From: Malacoraja senta
Taxonomy: Eukaryota
NCBI GenBank assembly: GCA_038087875.1
Contig: CM075988.1
Location: forward strand, 20,152,001 to 20,212,000
Direction: 5' to 3'
DNA length: 60,000 nucleotides
Shown: positions 1 through 12,867 of the stretch, piece after piece
Position numbering within the stretch: the stretch's first letter is position 1
How the letters are laid out: each line of letters begins with the position of its first letter
The notes under the pieces: model-generated
Told to the model about the DNA's origin: nothing
Databases searched by the model: none
The model's input: only the letters and a program-made list of their open reading frames with translations
Translations under genes and position numbers: made by a program

Positions 1-864
1 TGCAGATAGTTCTGCTGGAATGTGTTTCCTTACCAGGAATTGGATGTAACACAATAGATGAATTATGCCTGTTATAATGCAGCTTTGATTGGGAACTGGA
101 GAACTACGTGAAAGCTATAAATTGACAAACGGGAAAGAAAAAGCTGTCCTGAAGTAAAAGTGGAAAGGGGGAAATAAATTCCTGGTAACTGTCCAGTAGC
201 AATCTGGCAGAACAAGAAATGGTCATAGAAATTGACAAGCATTAGTTTCTAATGACACGTGCAATGATGCCCTATTACATAATGTAACATGCAGCCTTTA
301 GGAGTTTTAGCTTGAAGTAACAAAAAAAAACATTAGCTACCACAAATACTGTTATTTTTTGAAAGTTTTGCAGGGAAAGAGCCCAATTTTCCCCATTGAC
401 ACAATACCATTCTGTTAGAAACGCAACAATGGCATTAGAGAAGAAAATATTGCCACATGTTACTTTCAACTCTCATTCTTTTAATTATATGGTTAGGTTG
501 TATATGTATTCCAAAGTCAATTCACAAATGTGAGAATAGTATAGTTGAAATTGGCAATTTCAAGACGGCAGGCAGTTTCTAGATTCAAGAGTGAGCTTTT
601 ATTTGGTATCCAGCATCATTCTACATGTAATCTAGAATAAACTATGGTAATATTTAATGGGAACTGACTGCGGAGGTAACAGCAGTTGTTATTTTCAATA
701 GTAATACTTGTCTGAAATATATTTGTCTGAAATGGATATATTTTAATTTGTTGGTTGAAGGGTGAGTTCTCAATTCTTTGTTAGGTTATCTGCACTTTGG
801 ATTATTCATTGAAGTTATGGTTTTCAACAGTCAGAGATAAACTACAATAAAATATATTTTTCAG

Positions 865-1024
865 GTATTTGGAGGAGGCACCAGCGAAAGTGCATGAAAA
901 CAGTTACCTGGATTCTAAGATGACAGAATATTGTCAATGGCTAACAAAAGAGGAAAAGATTGAAGACTTGGATGCCAACACGTATGTCGATGATGTTCTT
1001 CAGGATAAACTCTCCTCAACTAAT
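865..1024 (+). CDS. TTC3/DZIP3/RNF214-like gene, first exon seen in the window (upstream exons not identified)
   Basis: tttttcAG acceptor, GTGAGT donor at 1025; YLEEAPAK...DKLSSTN, phase-compatible with the next exon. Confidence 0.6.
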
Positions 1025-2706
1025 GTGAGTTCAAGTTACAATAGAAAGATTAAATGCAAACCTAAACAAAGTGGAATATGTCAGAAAAACTAGGAACATC
1101 TTGTGTTGTTTGCTGAGCCTGATGCATCACAGGCCGCCATAACCTCACTGCATTCTCCATTGGCAAAATATGCAAGGAATAATTTAAATGGATTGGCACA
1201 AAATAGTTCATCACCCAATTCCTCAGTAACAAAAATATATTGAAGTCCAATTAATTTTCAGATATGAAAGGAAGCAAGATGGCTCTGATCCAAATGTGAA
1301 AGTCAGCAGAGCTGTACAATGAGCAGTGCTGACAATGAGGAAATTAATTATGTCCCATATAATTCACTTGCTGTTATTTTTTTTAGTTAATTTGTTACGT
1401 TGGTCATTTACCCCTCAAGCAGGTTCCCCATTCACTGTGGTAGTTTTGTGATCTAACTCCTTGCAACTCTTTTTTTTCTCTTCCATGTCCCTTAATATAT
1501 TGTTTAATAATTCACCCATGTCAGCTGCAACATAAACAATGAACCCAGCATCATTATTTATTTGGAGAAGAAAGCTTCAAATATTGACCACACCTGTATG
1601 TTTAGGCCTGATGTGACTCTAAGATTCTACTACTTGGTCCTCTCCAGCTATAAGTAATGTTACAGTTACCTGTCTTTGTGTCAAATTGTGAATTGTGAAG
1701 TATTATAATAGTGATCTTGTTGGATACTATATATATTGTATTAGATTTTAAAATATGTTGATCAGAGGGTCAAAAAACAAGGATCTTTGCTGATGATTGT
1801 CATTCCTATTTAGCTCCTGTGTGATTGTTTGCAGCTTTACTATGTTGTGCCAAAACGAAATCAAAAATGAGTGCTGAAAACATCTCATTTTCTTTACAGC
1901 TGCTCACTGAGTGATTTATTTTTGTCTGAAGGGCAAAAAGATGAGTTTGATGTTTCCTTCTTGAAAACAATGACTGAATCTGCTGTTTTTGGCCTTGTGT
2001 CATTTGGTTCAGGAATAGCTTCTCCCTAATTACAGCAGCCATCTGAATTGAACTTAAGTATGATATCCATTTGAAGATGTGAGACCTTCCTGGCTTAATC
2101 ATTCATTATACATGGATTTTTACCCTTTTAAGAAGTTCTCATTTGGCTGTTTGAAACATTGAGCAGAAATGCCCACAACATTTTATATTGCACACAATTT
2201 TATGCTGTTGAATGGTAATTTGAATTCTGCAATAGCTAAAGTGCTGTGAAACAATACGAAGCAACAGAGCTTTGTACATCCTCCTCCATGTAACGTCCCC
2301 AGAGCTGTGAAATCATTTATTTTAATGTAGAGGAGAAAATACCATGTTCATAAGCAAAAAAGGCAGACTTAAGTTATGCAGTGCCTCTAGTCAATAATCA
2401 ATAAGATTTTAGCCAGTCACACGCCCAATCGAACATTTCCCATGCGATCCGTGTATTCTCTTGATGTTCAAAAATTGTTTTCGCACTGTAAAAACTAATT
2501 TTGGTGAGGTTGATAAATTCATAGTTAAAATACACACATTCAATTATTGTTTGGAAAACTACCAGATTCAAAGAAATCCCCATGTATTTTCAATATTTCT
2601 GTGCTATTTGCCTCTACCGTTACATTGCAGCTCGTATGCTGTCTGTATCCATTTCTGTGTGATTTGCAGATGATGTAATGATTCCTTTTCTTTATTCCTT
2701 TCATAG

Positions 2707-2769
2707 AACGTAAAGACTTGTGATGCAGCAGTACTTACTGATCCAATAAAACCCTTTGAAAGCAAAGAG
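2707..2769 (+). CDS. TTC3/DZIP3-like exon
   Basis: Polypyrimidine catAG / GTAAAA; 63 nt, NVKTCDAAVLTDPIKPFESKE. Confidence 0.7.
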
Positions 2770-3404
2770 GTAAAATTAGAAACTTTAGGTACATCTTTTA
2801 TTAAAGATTCTGCATGTTACCAGGATTCCTTTCATGACAAACTGTATACATTTTTTTTTTATGGAACCTAGTCTAGAATTGTGACAGTGTTAATATGCAA
2901 TGGTTAAACCTTCATATATTCTGTAATTGAAATGAAGAAAATATGCAGGCGCTGTAAATCCAAAGTAAAATTAGAAAATTGTGGTTATATTGACTTCTGA
3001 ATGAAACACAAACTCTGTTAATCTATCCATCGATGAGTACCTGGAACATTTTCAGTTTTTATTTTGGTTTACTCTCAAAGACACATTCTCTGTATAATGT
3101 TATTCTTTTAGGATGGTACAAAAGGAAAATAATGTTTTATGAAAATCTGGGTTGGTTCCAAATGGAAAGGACTTCCAGAAAACCAACAAAAATGATTGGC
3201 CAGAGAGTATTAATACATTTCTACGGTTTTGTCATTGTTTTCCAAAAGTTTGTAATCTTTGTGATCAAGTCATAATCTTTGTGATAAAATATTGAATAAT
3301 GCACCTGTAATATTTTTCTATTTGCATAATTGCATAATAATGTGGTGAGCATCTGCACAAAATGCTAATTATATTAATTGTACATTTTGGTGATTAATTT
3401 GCAG

Positions 3405-3554
3405 AGAACCTTTATGATTCTATACCATGAAAAGGCTCAACTTTTGAAGAGCTATGAGAAATCACAAAATTTGTATGAGCAACTTTGTTCTGGTACTCAG
3501 GATGAAATCAAAACGTTCAAAGAAAAGCACGAGCAGCTTTTGTTCAACGAGAAG
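3405..3554 (+). CDS. TTC3/DZIP3-like exon (coiled coil)
   Basis: ttgcAG / GTAGTG; 150 nt, RTFMILYHEKAQLL...LLFNEK. Confidence 0.75.
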
Positions 3555-4097
3555 GTAGTGATATCGTTATTTTAAATCTTGGTAAATAACTGGCATAAAG
3601 AGGTGACAGGGAAGGTGAGTCAAGGCTTGGTAGGTGATGGGTAGAACCAGGTGAAGTAGGGGAGGGTGGGCAGATGGAGTCAAGTTGGTGGCTGGGAGAG
3701 AGGGGGTGGTGGAAGTAGACACAGACAGAGGCTGGAAGGTGATGTGGATCCAGATAAAGGAAGAGTGTTTGGCAGGTGGTAAGGTATCTAGGGTAGGTGA
3801 GGAAAATGGTGAACAAAGGAAGAGAGAACCTAGGAGCAGGAAGGAATGCCCAAATCTGCTCCTCCCAATCCAACATGGTTCACTTTCCTTTTGTTCATAT
3901 TTTCCATTTCACCCCAACCCCAGGTCTATCCTTCTTACCCCGTCCCTTCTCCAGACACGAAACGTCACCTATTCCTTTTCTCCAGAGATGCTGTCTGATC
4001 CGCTGAGTTACTCCAGCTTTCTGTGTCTTCGGTTTAAACCAGCATCTGCAGGTCACACAAAAAGTTCACACATTACCCCCTCCCTTAATTCCGGACG

Positions 4098-4845
4098 TGG
4101 CAACACTGCCATGCAGCTGTGGCTCGCCTGCAGTCCGTCTATCTTTTCCTTTTTTTTTTGTTTTCTTTTGTCTTGTTGGACGTATGTCTTAGTTTATTTT
4201 TAGTTGTGTATGTGTGGGAGGTGAGGGAAACTTGTTTAGTTTCTTCCTTCGGGGGGATGTGACCTTTTCTTATCGTATCTCCGTCTCTGTCTGCGCTGAG
4301 GCCTAATCGCGGAGCAGAGTCAGGACTCACTGGCCGACTTCGGGGCTGTGGTGGCGCTGCGGCGGCGGCCCAACTTCAGAGCCTTGGAGGCTTCAGCCGC
4401 GGGCCCAGTGAACGACAACATCGGGAGCTCACAGGTCCCATTCTCCGGAGCTCCCGCAACAACAGCCTCGTCCGCTGGACTGGAGGGCAGCAGCTTCGTC
4501 CGCCCCAGGCCGCGGAGTTTGAACCGGCCCGTTAGCGGAGCTCGGATTCAGCCGCGGGACTTACTTACCATCACCCGGCGGGGGGCCCAACAGCGAAAGC
4601 CTGGATCGCCTCAATGCAGAGGGAGAACAAGGAGGGAAGAGATAAGGACTTTAAGACTTTTGCCTTCCATCACAGTGAGGAGGTGCCTGGTAGACTCACT
4701 GTGGTGGATGTTAAACTGTATTAATTGTGTGTTCTGTTATTTTATTTTCTGTCATGACTGCAAGGTATGTAATTTTGTTCAAACTAAAAGTTTGAATGAC
4801 AATAAAGGAAACTATACTTTATAAACTTTATACTTTATACTTTAT
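4098..4845 (+). mobile_element. Non-coding GC-rich retroposon, copy A (unclassified; Rex1/L2-like 3' tail)
   Basis: 5' ctgcagtccgtct, internal hairpins, 3' tgacAATAAA plus (TATACTT)n tail; homologous to copies B and C. Confidence 0.7.
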
Positions 4846-6051
4846 ATCTGGTTCGACTTATCCCTTCATCCTCTGGCTCTATCTTCCCACTCTCCTCTCC
4901 CCACATGACTCCATCTGTCTATTTTTTTTTTTTAGCCTTTACTATTTTCACTTATCTCCTACCCGCCTGACTCTAAATGAAAAAGTTCACTTAGAAACAG
5001 ACAAAGGCAAATAGTTAAGACCATTCAAAGCTTTAATTTTAACGTCCGACGGGTGTGGTTTTAGAGACCCAGAGGCAACAGTGTACGTCTGAGTTCTCCA
5101 GCAACACACAAAGAAATACCAGAAAACCGGGGTTAATATACCCCCATACTCAGTATCAATTGCATTAGGTGATGTCCCAGGAAACATCAGCCACCTCCAA
5201 ATATGGAGCTGTTTTTCACTCTTTTCCAAAAGCTAGACATTCCAATGGCCTTAGCTGTACCCCACCGGCCCCTTCTTATCTGATTAAACTATTCAACTCA
5301 GCTAAAAAGCCCTTGCCATGATATTTGGCCCAGTGTCCCACAATGTAATAGCAATTGCCTTTTTACAACAGGAAAGCTTAAATATGACAGCAACCGATAA
5401 TAGTAATTAACTCTTTCATAAACATCCCCCTGGCTCGATCCATTCATCATCCCCCACCTTACCTTGTTCCACCTGTCACCTACCAGCCCCTGTCTCAAGT
5501 GTAGTCAAGAGTGTTTTATTATCATATCTACTGAAATAGCACAATGAAATTCTTACCACTTCTGTACTTCCCTCTTCACTCTCTGTCATGATGCAGGGTC
5601 TCGACCCAAAACGTCAACCATCCCTTTGCCTCCACAGTAGCTGCCTGACCTACTAGATTCCTCCAGCCTTGTTTTGCTCCAGATTCCAGCTTCTTCAGTC
5701 CCTTGTATCTCCCTCTTAGGTCTAATGAAGGGTCCATGATCTGAAATGTTAACTGCTTTTCTTTCAGTAGATGCTTCCTGAACTGGTTTTTCACTGTACT
5801 TTCTGTTACTATTTTCAATTGCTGGCATTTGCAGTTTTTGAATTCTAATTGACTGCAGGATTTTGTAATGTGGAAGGAAACTGAGCACCTAGGGGGACAC
5901 CAAGGTGAAGCCTATGTCTCACCTTGAAGTCCTCAGGAACAATCTCTAACCTAATGTTAATGTTTTGGAAAATGAATGTTTGGCATTATTTTTAGATGAT
6001 AGATACTAAATACAAAGTAAAGTTTTCTTGCATTCTACATTTTTATAATAG

Positions 6052-6191
6052 AAACTGAGGGATGAGCTTTCAACAGTAAAGACACAGCTAGCGTCTGCAA
6101 AAGAGAAACTACGTGACAAGAGAGAAATTCAATCGCAAGAACTTGGTGTGCTACAAGAAGAACTTAAACCATTGAAGAATAATTTAGAAAG
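6052..6191 (+). CDS. TTC3/DZIP3-like exon (coiled coil)
   Basis: aatAG / GTATGA; KLRDELSTVKTQLASAKEKL...NNLE, phase 0 to 2. Confidence 0.75.
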
Positions 6192-6904
6192 GTATGATTC
6201 CAATGTTCCTTTCACCAAATTGCAAATTGGACAATAAATGTTCTTGCCATCATGGCAATGATCTTACACTTAAATTGTTAAAAGGTTAGGCTGCAATTTA
6301 AGATTGCTAGTTCAGATGAGCTCCAGTATATAGCAGTGATTAACCCTGGCCTTGTTAGTCCTCCCAAATGTATCACCTCTAATTTTTAGGGATTAAATTC
6401 CATTTTACTAACTCATCAATATCGTTCTGTAGCCCGTCTATCTTCCTTACTATCCACAACACCACCAATTTTCTTATTTGCAAACTTGTGAATCATACCT
6501 CCAATATCAAGAAGTGTCTCGATCCGAAACATCCCCAATCCATGTTCTCCAGAAATGCTGCCTGACCTACTCAGTTACTCCACCACTGTGTGTCCGTTTG
6601 TTCAAGCCAGTGTGGCAATACAAGACGCCAAGGCACACCAAGGAAATCACACATGCTGCATAGAAACATAGAAAATAGGTGCAGGAGTAGGCCATTCGGC
6701 CCTGCAGACCCCACAACACATGGGACTGAGCTCCCTGACCATGTTTTTAAATTTAATGCACCTTGCAATATATTCTAATGTAATTTGATTAAAGCAAAAT
6801 AAAAGAATATTTAATATTCTTAAATATTTAATATATTCTAATGTAATCTGATTAAAGCAAAATGAAGAATATTTAGAAAATTTAAGTGTGAATTTTCTTT
6901 TCAG

Positions 6905-6961
6905 AAATAAGAAAACTCTACCTGAAATTGATGCCGAAATTCAGAAAATAAGAGGAAGAAG
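6905..6961 (+). CDS. TTC3/DZIP3-like exon
   Basis: ttttcAG / GTATTC; 57 nt, NKKTLPEIDAEIQKIRGR, phase 2 to 2. Confidence 0.7.
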
Positions 6962-7116
6962 GTATTCTTGCTGCACAATAATTGTTTTAAGTTTTTTATA
7001 TTGAAAATTGTTGTAAAATAAATAGTGGACCAGTTTTTTTAACCTTGTTGCACCATATACTCAGCTGCAGCCAACCCTTATGAGATTTTCCTCAACAAAA
7101 TGCTTATTCATTTCAG

Positions 7117-7213
7117 AGAAAAACAGGCCAGTGACAAGAAAAAATGGCAGAAATTGTGTGACAAAGCAAAAGAAAATGGCAAAGAGTCAGCAAACAGACT
7201 CTTATCTGTTCAG
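7117..7213 (+). CDS. TTC3/DZIP3-like exon
   Basis: tttcAG / GTATTT; EKQASDKKKWQKLCD...NRLLSVQ, phase 2 to 0. Confidence 0.7.
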
Positions 7214-7944
7214 GTATTTATTAATGAGAATGATTGCAAACATTGGGAATGATTGCATATGTTGCATATAGAATATGGTCTATATCATATACGTATAGAG
7301 TGTTGAACATTTAATATGAATGGTGTTTAAATCTAATTTCAAATATTACCTTTTTTTTCATCTGCACTCTCTCTAACACTATAACGCTGTTACACTATAT
7401 TCTGCAGTCTAGTATTTTTCACTTTGCACTATCTGTTGTACTTGTGTGTGGCTTGATTGTATTCGTGTATAGTATGATTTGACCGGATAGCACACAAACA
7501 AAGCTTTTCACTGTATCTCAGTACATGTGACACTAATAAATCAACACCAATAATATTTGAACGGTTGTGCTGTTTTGAATAGCTTACCTCTAATATGCTC
7601 AGCATTATCGCGGGGAATATCTATTTTCTTTCTCCTTTGCTCAACAAATCATCTCCCGATATAGCTTTATTTTTTATAATGTGATCCTTAATCTCTCTAA
7701 TTTCTCAAACCCCAGATATTTCCACAGCTATTCCTTGGAATCCCCTGGTCCTATTCTTAAGTACTTCATCAAGGTAGTTAAAGGAGTGGCCTGGTAGCAA
7801 ACATGACTAACTTCTTTATTGAGTCTTTCCATTGGATTTTGGTCCTGAAAAGGCAATAAAGCAGTATCTCACTTTTTATGGCGCACTTACAGGTTGCGAC
7901 CGTTGTACTGTCAGATCAGATTTTTATTTTCACTCCAACACAGT

Positions 7945-8233
7945 GGGTGGCACAGTGACATGGCTGGTAGAGCTGCTGCCTTACAGTGCCAGAGTGCCCA
8001 TGTTCGATCCTGACCTTGGATGCTGTTTGTGTGGAGTTTGCATGTTCTCTCTGCAACCATGTGGGTTTCCTCCCGCATCTCAAAGACGTGCGGGTTTGTA
8101 GGTTAATTGGTCTTATGCAAATTGCACTTATTGTGCAGGGAGTGAATGGGGAAGTGGGATAACATAAAATTAGTGTGGAAAGTGACTGATGTTCGGCATG
8201 GGCCGAAGTGCTTGTTTCTACACTGAATCTTTA
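7945..8233 (+). mobile_element. tRNA-derived SINE (HE1/V-SINE-like)
   Basis: tRNA-like head with B box gttcgatcc, core tgtggagtttgcatgttctc, CR1-like tail gggccgaag. Confidence 0.8.
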
Positions 8234-8763
8234 AAACCTTCAAAGCTTTGCTCATGTAGACATGGCTGGGGCCTCTGCTTCCACTTGGCAGTGCTTTCCA
8301 AGTACTCCTCTTTTAGGAGGGAAAAAATGTACCTTCAAAAGCACTCTAAATCTTTTATCCTATACCCTAAATCTACATCCTCTGGGTCTGGATTTATTAG
8401 GTCTGGTCTTCCCTGTGGTGTAGTGACCTTAGAACTGCACGGAATATTCCAGCTGAATTCTGACCAATGCTTTATAAAGTTGGAGCACAGCCTGTATTCC
8501 CAGCAAACATTTGGGGAATTGTGGTGACCAACCTGTTGAATTTATATTATATCGTTTAAAAAAAAAATGGATTGGTAACTTTCATTTTGAACGTAGTCCT
8601 TGTCAATTCATGGCATTCCCCTAGGAAGATTCAAGAATGTTGATGCAAAATTCGAAGTACATCTTGATAAGTACAAAGAGACAGTAAAATCAGTCTCTTG
8701 TATTGTTTAACATATTTAAAAGTGGTATCATGGACATCTATATACTTTAATTTCTTGCTACAG

Positions 8764-8867
8764 ACTAAGATTCTGGAATGGAAGAAACACACAAAGTTGT
8801 ATTTTCTCAATCGCCTGCATCAGGAGGCTGTTGAAAATGTGAAGTTTTATACAGCACAGAGAGCTCA
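8764..8867 (+). CDS. TTC3/DZIP3-like exon
   Basis: ctacAG / GTAAGT; TKILEWKKHTKLYFLNRLHQEA, resembles the TTC3 helical segment (from recall). Confidence 0.75.
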
Positions 8868-9084
8868 GTAAGTTTCAGTACACATTTCATTGTTTGCAGT
8901 GTACTTTTTATTTTCTAATGGTAATTGTGAAAAGCATCTGTCAAATTGATTAGGCTAGATCATCCTGTGTCTGATTGTCTGAACTTGCTACCACAGTGCC
9001 TGTGCAACTCCACTAATCAGTTAGGGATGCAGAGGGCAGACCATTGTGACCTCAGGATCTGCAAACCAGCAGCTAGAAACCAGG

Positions 9085-9695
9085 AAAGAGTGCAGAGATT
9101 TATAAGGATGTTGCCAGGACTTGACAGCCTGAGCTAGAAGGAGAGGTTGGGCATGTTCAGACTTCTTTGGAGCGCAGGAGACTGAGGGGTGATCTTGTAA
9201 AAGTGTATAAAATCATGAGAACAGATAGGATGAATATATTTGTTTTAGAAGGAACTGCAGATGCTGGAAAATCGAAGGTAGACAAAAGTCTGAAGTCTGA
9301 AGAAGGGTTTCGGGCCGAAACGTTGCCTATTTCCTTCGCTCCATAGATGCTGCCTCACCCGCTGAGTTTCTCCAGCATTTTTGTGTATCTAGGATGAATA
9401 TATAGTGTTTTTTACTCGGGGTAGGGAATCAAAAGGTAAGGTGATAGGGACAAGATTTGATGAGAACCTGAAGGGCAATTTCTTTTACTATGGATGGTGG
9501 GTATATAGAACAAGCTATCAGAGGGGTCGTTGAGGCAGCATTTAAAATACATTTGGACAAGTACATGGATAGAAAAGGTTTAGAGGAGTACGTCCCAAGT
9601 GCAAGCAAAAGGGACTAGCTTAAATGGGGCATCGTAGTCGGCATAGACAAGTTAAACCAACGTGCCTGTTTTCATGCTGTACGATTTTTATGACT
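9085..9695 (+). mobile_element. CR1 LINE 3' fragment interrupted by a 150-bp Penelope-derived insertion
   Basis: RVQRFIRMLPGL / LRGDL motifs and a CR1 3' UTR. Confidence 0.8.
9240..9389 (+). mobile_element. Penelope-derived mini-insertion with a hammerhead-like core
   Basis: 14-bp TSD taggatgaatatat (9226-9239, 9390-9403); CTGAAGA at 9297, GAAAC at 9317. Confidence 0.8.
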
Positions 9696-10318
9696 CTTGT
9701 CTTCGGATGGAGCCGGAGGTTACTGTTAAAACCGGAAAATAAGTGTTATCACAAATACTTAAGACAACTAGCAATTAATGAAAAAAACAGGATTAGGTAA
9801 TTAGGGGCGATGTTGCTTAATCCAGTGATCCTTGACATAAAGCTGCGACGTCTAATGCACTTGCAACTGGGCCGTCTCTTCAGTAAGTCAGCACTCCTTT
9901 ATTTTCCTGCCTGTGCTTTGCTATGTGGAATTTAGAGACTTATGGTACAGAAACTAAATCATTAACAAACACTTCAATCATTAGTAGTCTCTACACTCAA
10001 AATAGAGATGCGCAGAACCTAACCGGCAGTTCTCCATGGAATCACCAGCGACAGCAAAGTACAGTGTGGAACACTATTATTTTGGTTTTCTTGGACATGT
10101 ACTGCTTCTATGTTTTTCCACAGCAGAATGATGCAGTGTAAAAGTGGTAGACATACAGCATTTGATTGTATTAGGCAAGAAACCTAACTAACAATGGGCC
10201 AGTACTTGCCAGACTAATGTCCCTTCCTTTGTATAAAATGTTATGAGTTATGAATTAAGATGAATGGAATACTTGATTCTTGCTCGACTGTAAAGTGTCC
10301 CTTAATATATCTTTAAAG

Positions 10319-10406
10319 GAGGACACATTCTCCAGACGTTGTCACTAGCTGTGACATGTGGGAAAAAAGAATGAAAGGAATTCAAGGACAAATTACTCTA
10401 ATCAAA
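10319..10406 (+). CDS. TTC3/DZIP3-like exon
   Basis: taaAG / GTGAGC; RTHSPDVVTSCDMWEKRMKGIQGQITLIK with the family 'WE' motif; phase 2 to 0. Confidence 0.7.
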
Positions 10407-11137
10407 GTGAGCTGCTTTTTTTTGTCAATTTTTAAATTTTCAGTTTTCAGCAATAAAAGATAATTGACAGATTTGTAAGTACAGTATAAATTGCATGGCG
10501 GTTTTCATTTTATTCTTTACTCTGACTATTTATTACTCCTCTGCTTCTGTAATCTTATCGCTGCTGGCACCCCAGACTTGAATTGTCTGCAAACCCTTTA
10601 ACACTGTGGTTGTAGAGTCAGTATTGTAACAGGCCCTTTGGCCCACTACGTTCATGCTGATCATCATGCCTATCTATACTAATCCCATTTGCCTGCATCG
10701 ATTGCATATTCTTCCATGCCTTGTTCATTCAAGTACTTGTCCAGATGCTTCTTAAATGTTGTTTCTGTTTTGCCTCCCTGACCTCCTCTGGAAGTTCATT
10801 CAAGATAACAATTACTCTTTATGTGAAACATTTACCACTCAGAAATTCTCTCAAAGACCCATTGATTCCTATCAATATAACTTTTTTAATGTCACAAATT
10901 CTTTTATCTTCACGCTTGGCACAAGTCGGTGCTAATGTCACCGCTCTTCTTTTCAACCCCGCTATTACACTACCTTTGGACTGTTTTTACTAAATCCACT
11001 TTCGGACCTGTTCATATTAAGTCTCTGCATAATGATGTACGAGTTAGCTCATCAAATATATCTGAAATTGAAATGTTCTAAAAGATGTGCCTATTGTGGT
11101 GGATTTGACAGGAGTTTAATGACTGTATTTTGCTCAG

Positions 11138-11844
11138 GCTGCCTCTTGGACCCTGGAGACAGGAGGAGATAGTGACAGTGTACCTTACATGGACTCCAGT
11201 ACATTGATGCCATCTCCATTCCGATCTGTGAACAAGCAGCAGGGACTGTCATCACCTCCCACAAGGGCTGAAATGGCAAAAAAAATTGGATTTGCTGGAA
11301 ATTCTGCCTCTGCTGAGGCTGGTTGGTATTCACCAGGATCCAGAACTCGTGGCGTTGAGGCAGAAATGTTACCAAGGACAGGAAAAGATGCCTACATGCC
11401 ATCTGCTTGGCCACCCAGTTACTTCAAACCTCAAGCAGCACAGCCTGTTCCACCCAGTGATTGCAGCCGGCTTGATCTTGAACTGGAATTTGGGATGAAG
11501 CCGTTTCCTGACAGAACTCTCCAGCTGACTACCAGTGGTTTGGAAATGCCAAATCCCTCAATGGAAGCAAAACCAGTAAAAATCCCAGATACATCCCTCT
11601 CTGGGTTACATACGTCACGGGTTCATGGGAATCCACATAACAATGTTTTTGAGACTTATGGTACACAAATTAAATCCTTCAACAAACAGTTTAACCATTT
11701 GCAATCTGCACAGCCAGTTATATATGCCAATAACGATTTCCAGGCATTTGGTGGTATAGCCAGCAGTTCACAGTCCGATGAGCCTCGGTCATCCTATCAT
11801 ACTGTAATGGAGCAACTGTTCTTCAAGTTTCCTACAATAAGCAA
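11138..11844 (+). CDS. TTC3/DZIP3-like large P/S-rich exon
   Basis: gctcAG / GTAAGT; contains most of ORF 11189-11848, ending SSYHTVMEQLFFKFPTIS (compare TTC3 FNSIIEHLSVVFP). Confidence 0.8.
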
Positions 11845-12639
11845 GTAAGTTATTTTGCTAACAACCATTAAAAAAATATCTTGCATTGTGTTGAAAGAAA
11901 GAACTTTGCTTGGATCCTTTCAGCTTCCATCTAGCAGAAATACCATGTGAATCTTGGAGTTGTAATCCAGTGACATCAAAATGAACAATACAAATACATT
12001 CTCAGGATGCCCCATTTACATTCCTTGCTCATCCCTAATTGCCTTTGGGAAGTTGGCACTTTGAAATGCAGAGGTGATTCTGGTAAAGTACTCCCACCAT
12101 GGTGTAGGGTAGGGATTTACAGGGTTTAGAATCCACGAAGATTCAAGGGAGTTTATTGTAATGTGTCCCAGATAGGACAATGAAATTCTTGCTTTGCTTC
12201 AGCACAACAGAATATAGTAGGCATGAATACAGAACAGATCAGTGTGTCCATACCTATATTACTAAAAGTCTGATCTTGACCGCTTTTGGCTCGCTGTGGT
12301 GTGATTTCCAAGGGAACGCCGCCACCTACGGCCGTCATTTTTGGTCACCTCGCTCAGAGCCCCCCTCCGCCTTCCTGGACCAGAGGATTTTTCCCATCGA
12401 TGAAAAATCAGAGAGATATTAATGTTTTTAAATAATTTGCCATTCTCTCTGCTGCCCCTGCTGGAGGGAGGGAGAGGGACTATAAAACCAGGAAGTGGTG
12501 TGCCTCACTCAGTCTCTGCAAGATGGACTCCAGAGGGTCACGTCTCTCTGAGTTCTGAATAACACTGAACACATGTCTACTCAACTGTGAGTGCCCTCAA
12601 TGTGGTTTGAAAATGAAAATTTGGTTGGTTTGAAGTAAA

Positions 12640-12867
12640 CAGGCACTGTCTGCAAATGGTTGTTTGGGGGGGTTTGGGTTGAAGTAAAAAGGCACTACTG
12701 CAAATGGTGGTTTGGGTGCTTTGGCTTGAAGTTGAAAGGCACTACTGCAAATGGTGGTTTGGGTGCTTTGGCTTGAAGTTGAAAGGCACTACTGCAAATG
12801 GTGGTTTGGGTGCTTTGGCTTGAAGTTGAAAGGCACTACTGCAAATGGTGGTTTTGGTGCTTTGGGT
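12640..12867. repeat. 47-bp minisatellite
   Basis: ggcactactgc at 12691, 12738, 12785 and 12832. Confidence 0.95.

Noticed and set aside
6767..6875. About 47-bp AT-rich local duplication before the exon at 6905
   Set aside because: Ordinary slippage-type duplication with no further structure.
7945..8015. tRNA gene
   Set aside because: Only degenerate A/B boxes of a SINE head; no cloverleaf.
8626..8690. Possible extra exon (RFKNVDAKFEVHLDKYKET)
   Set aside because: The open frame needs phase 1, but the flanking exons join in phase 0 without it; weak donor.
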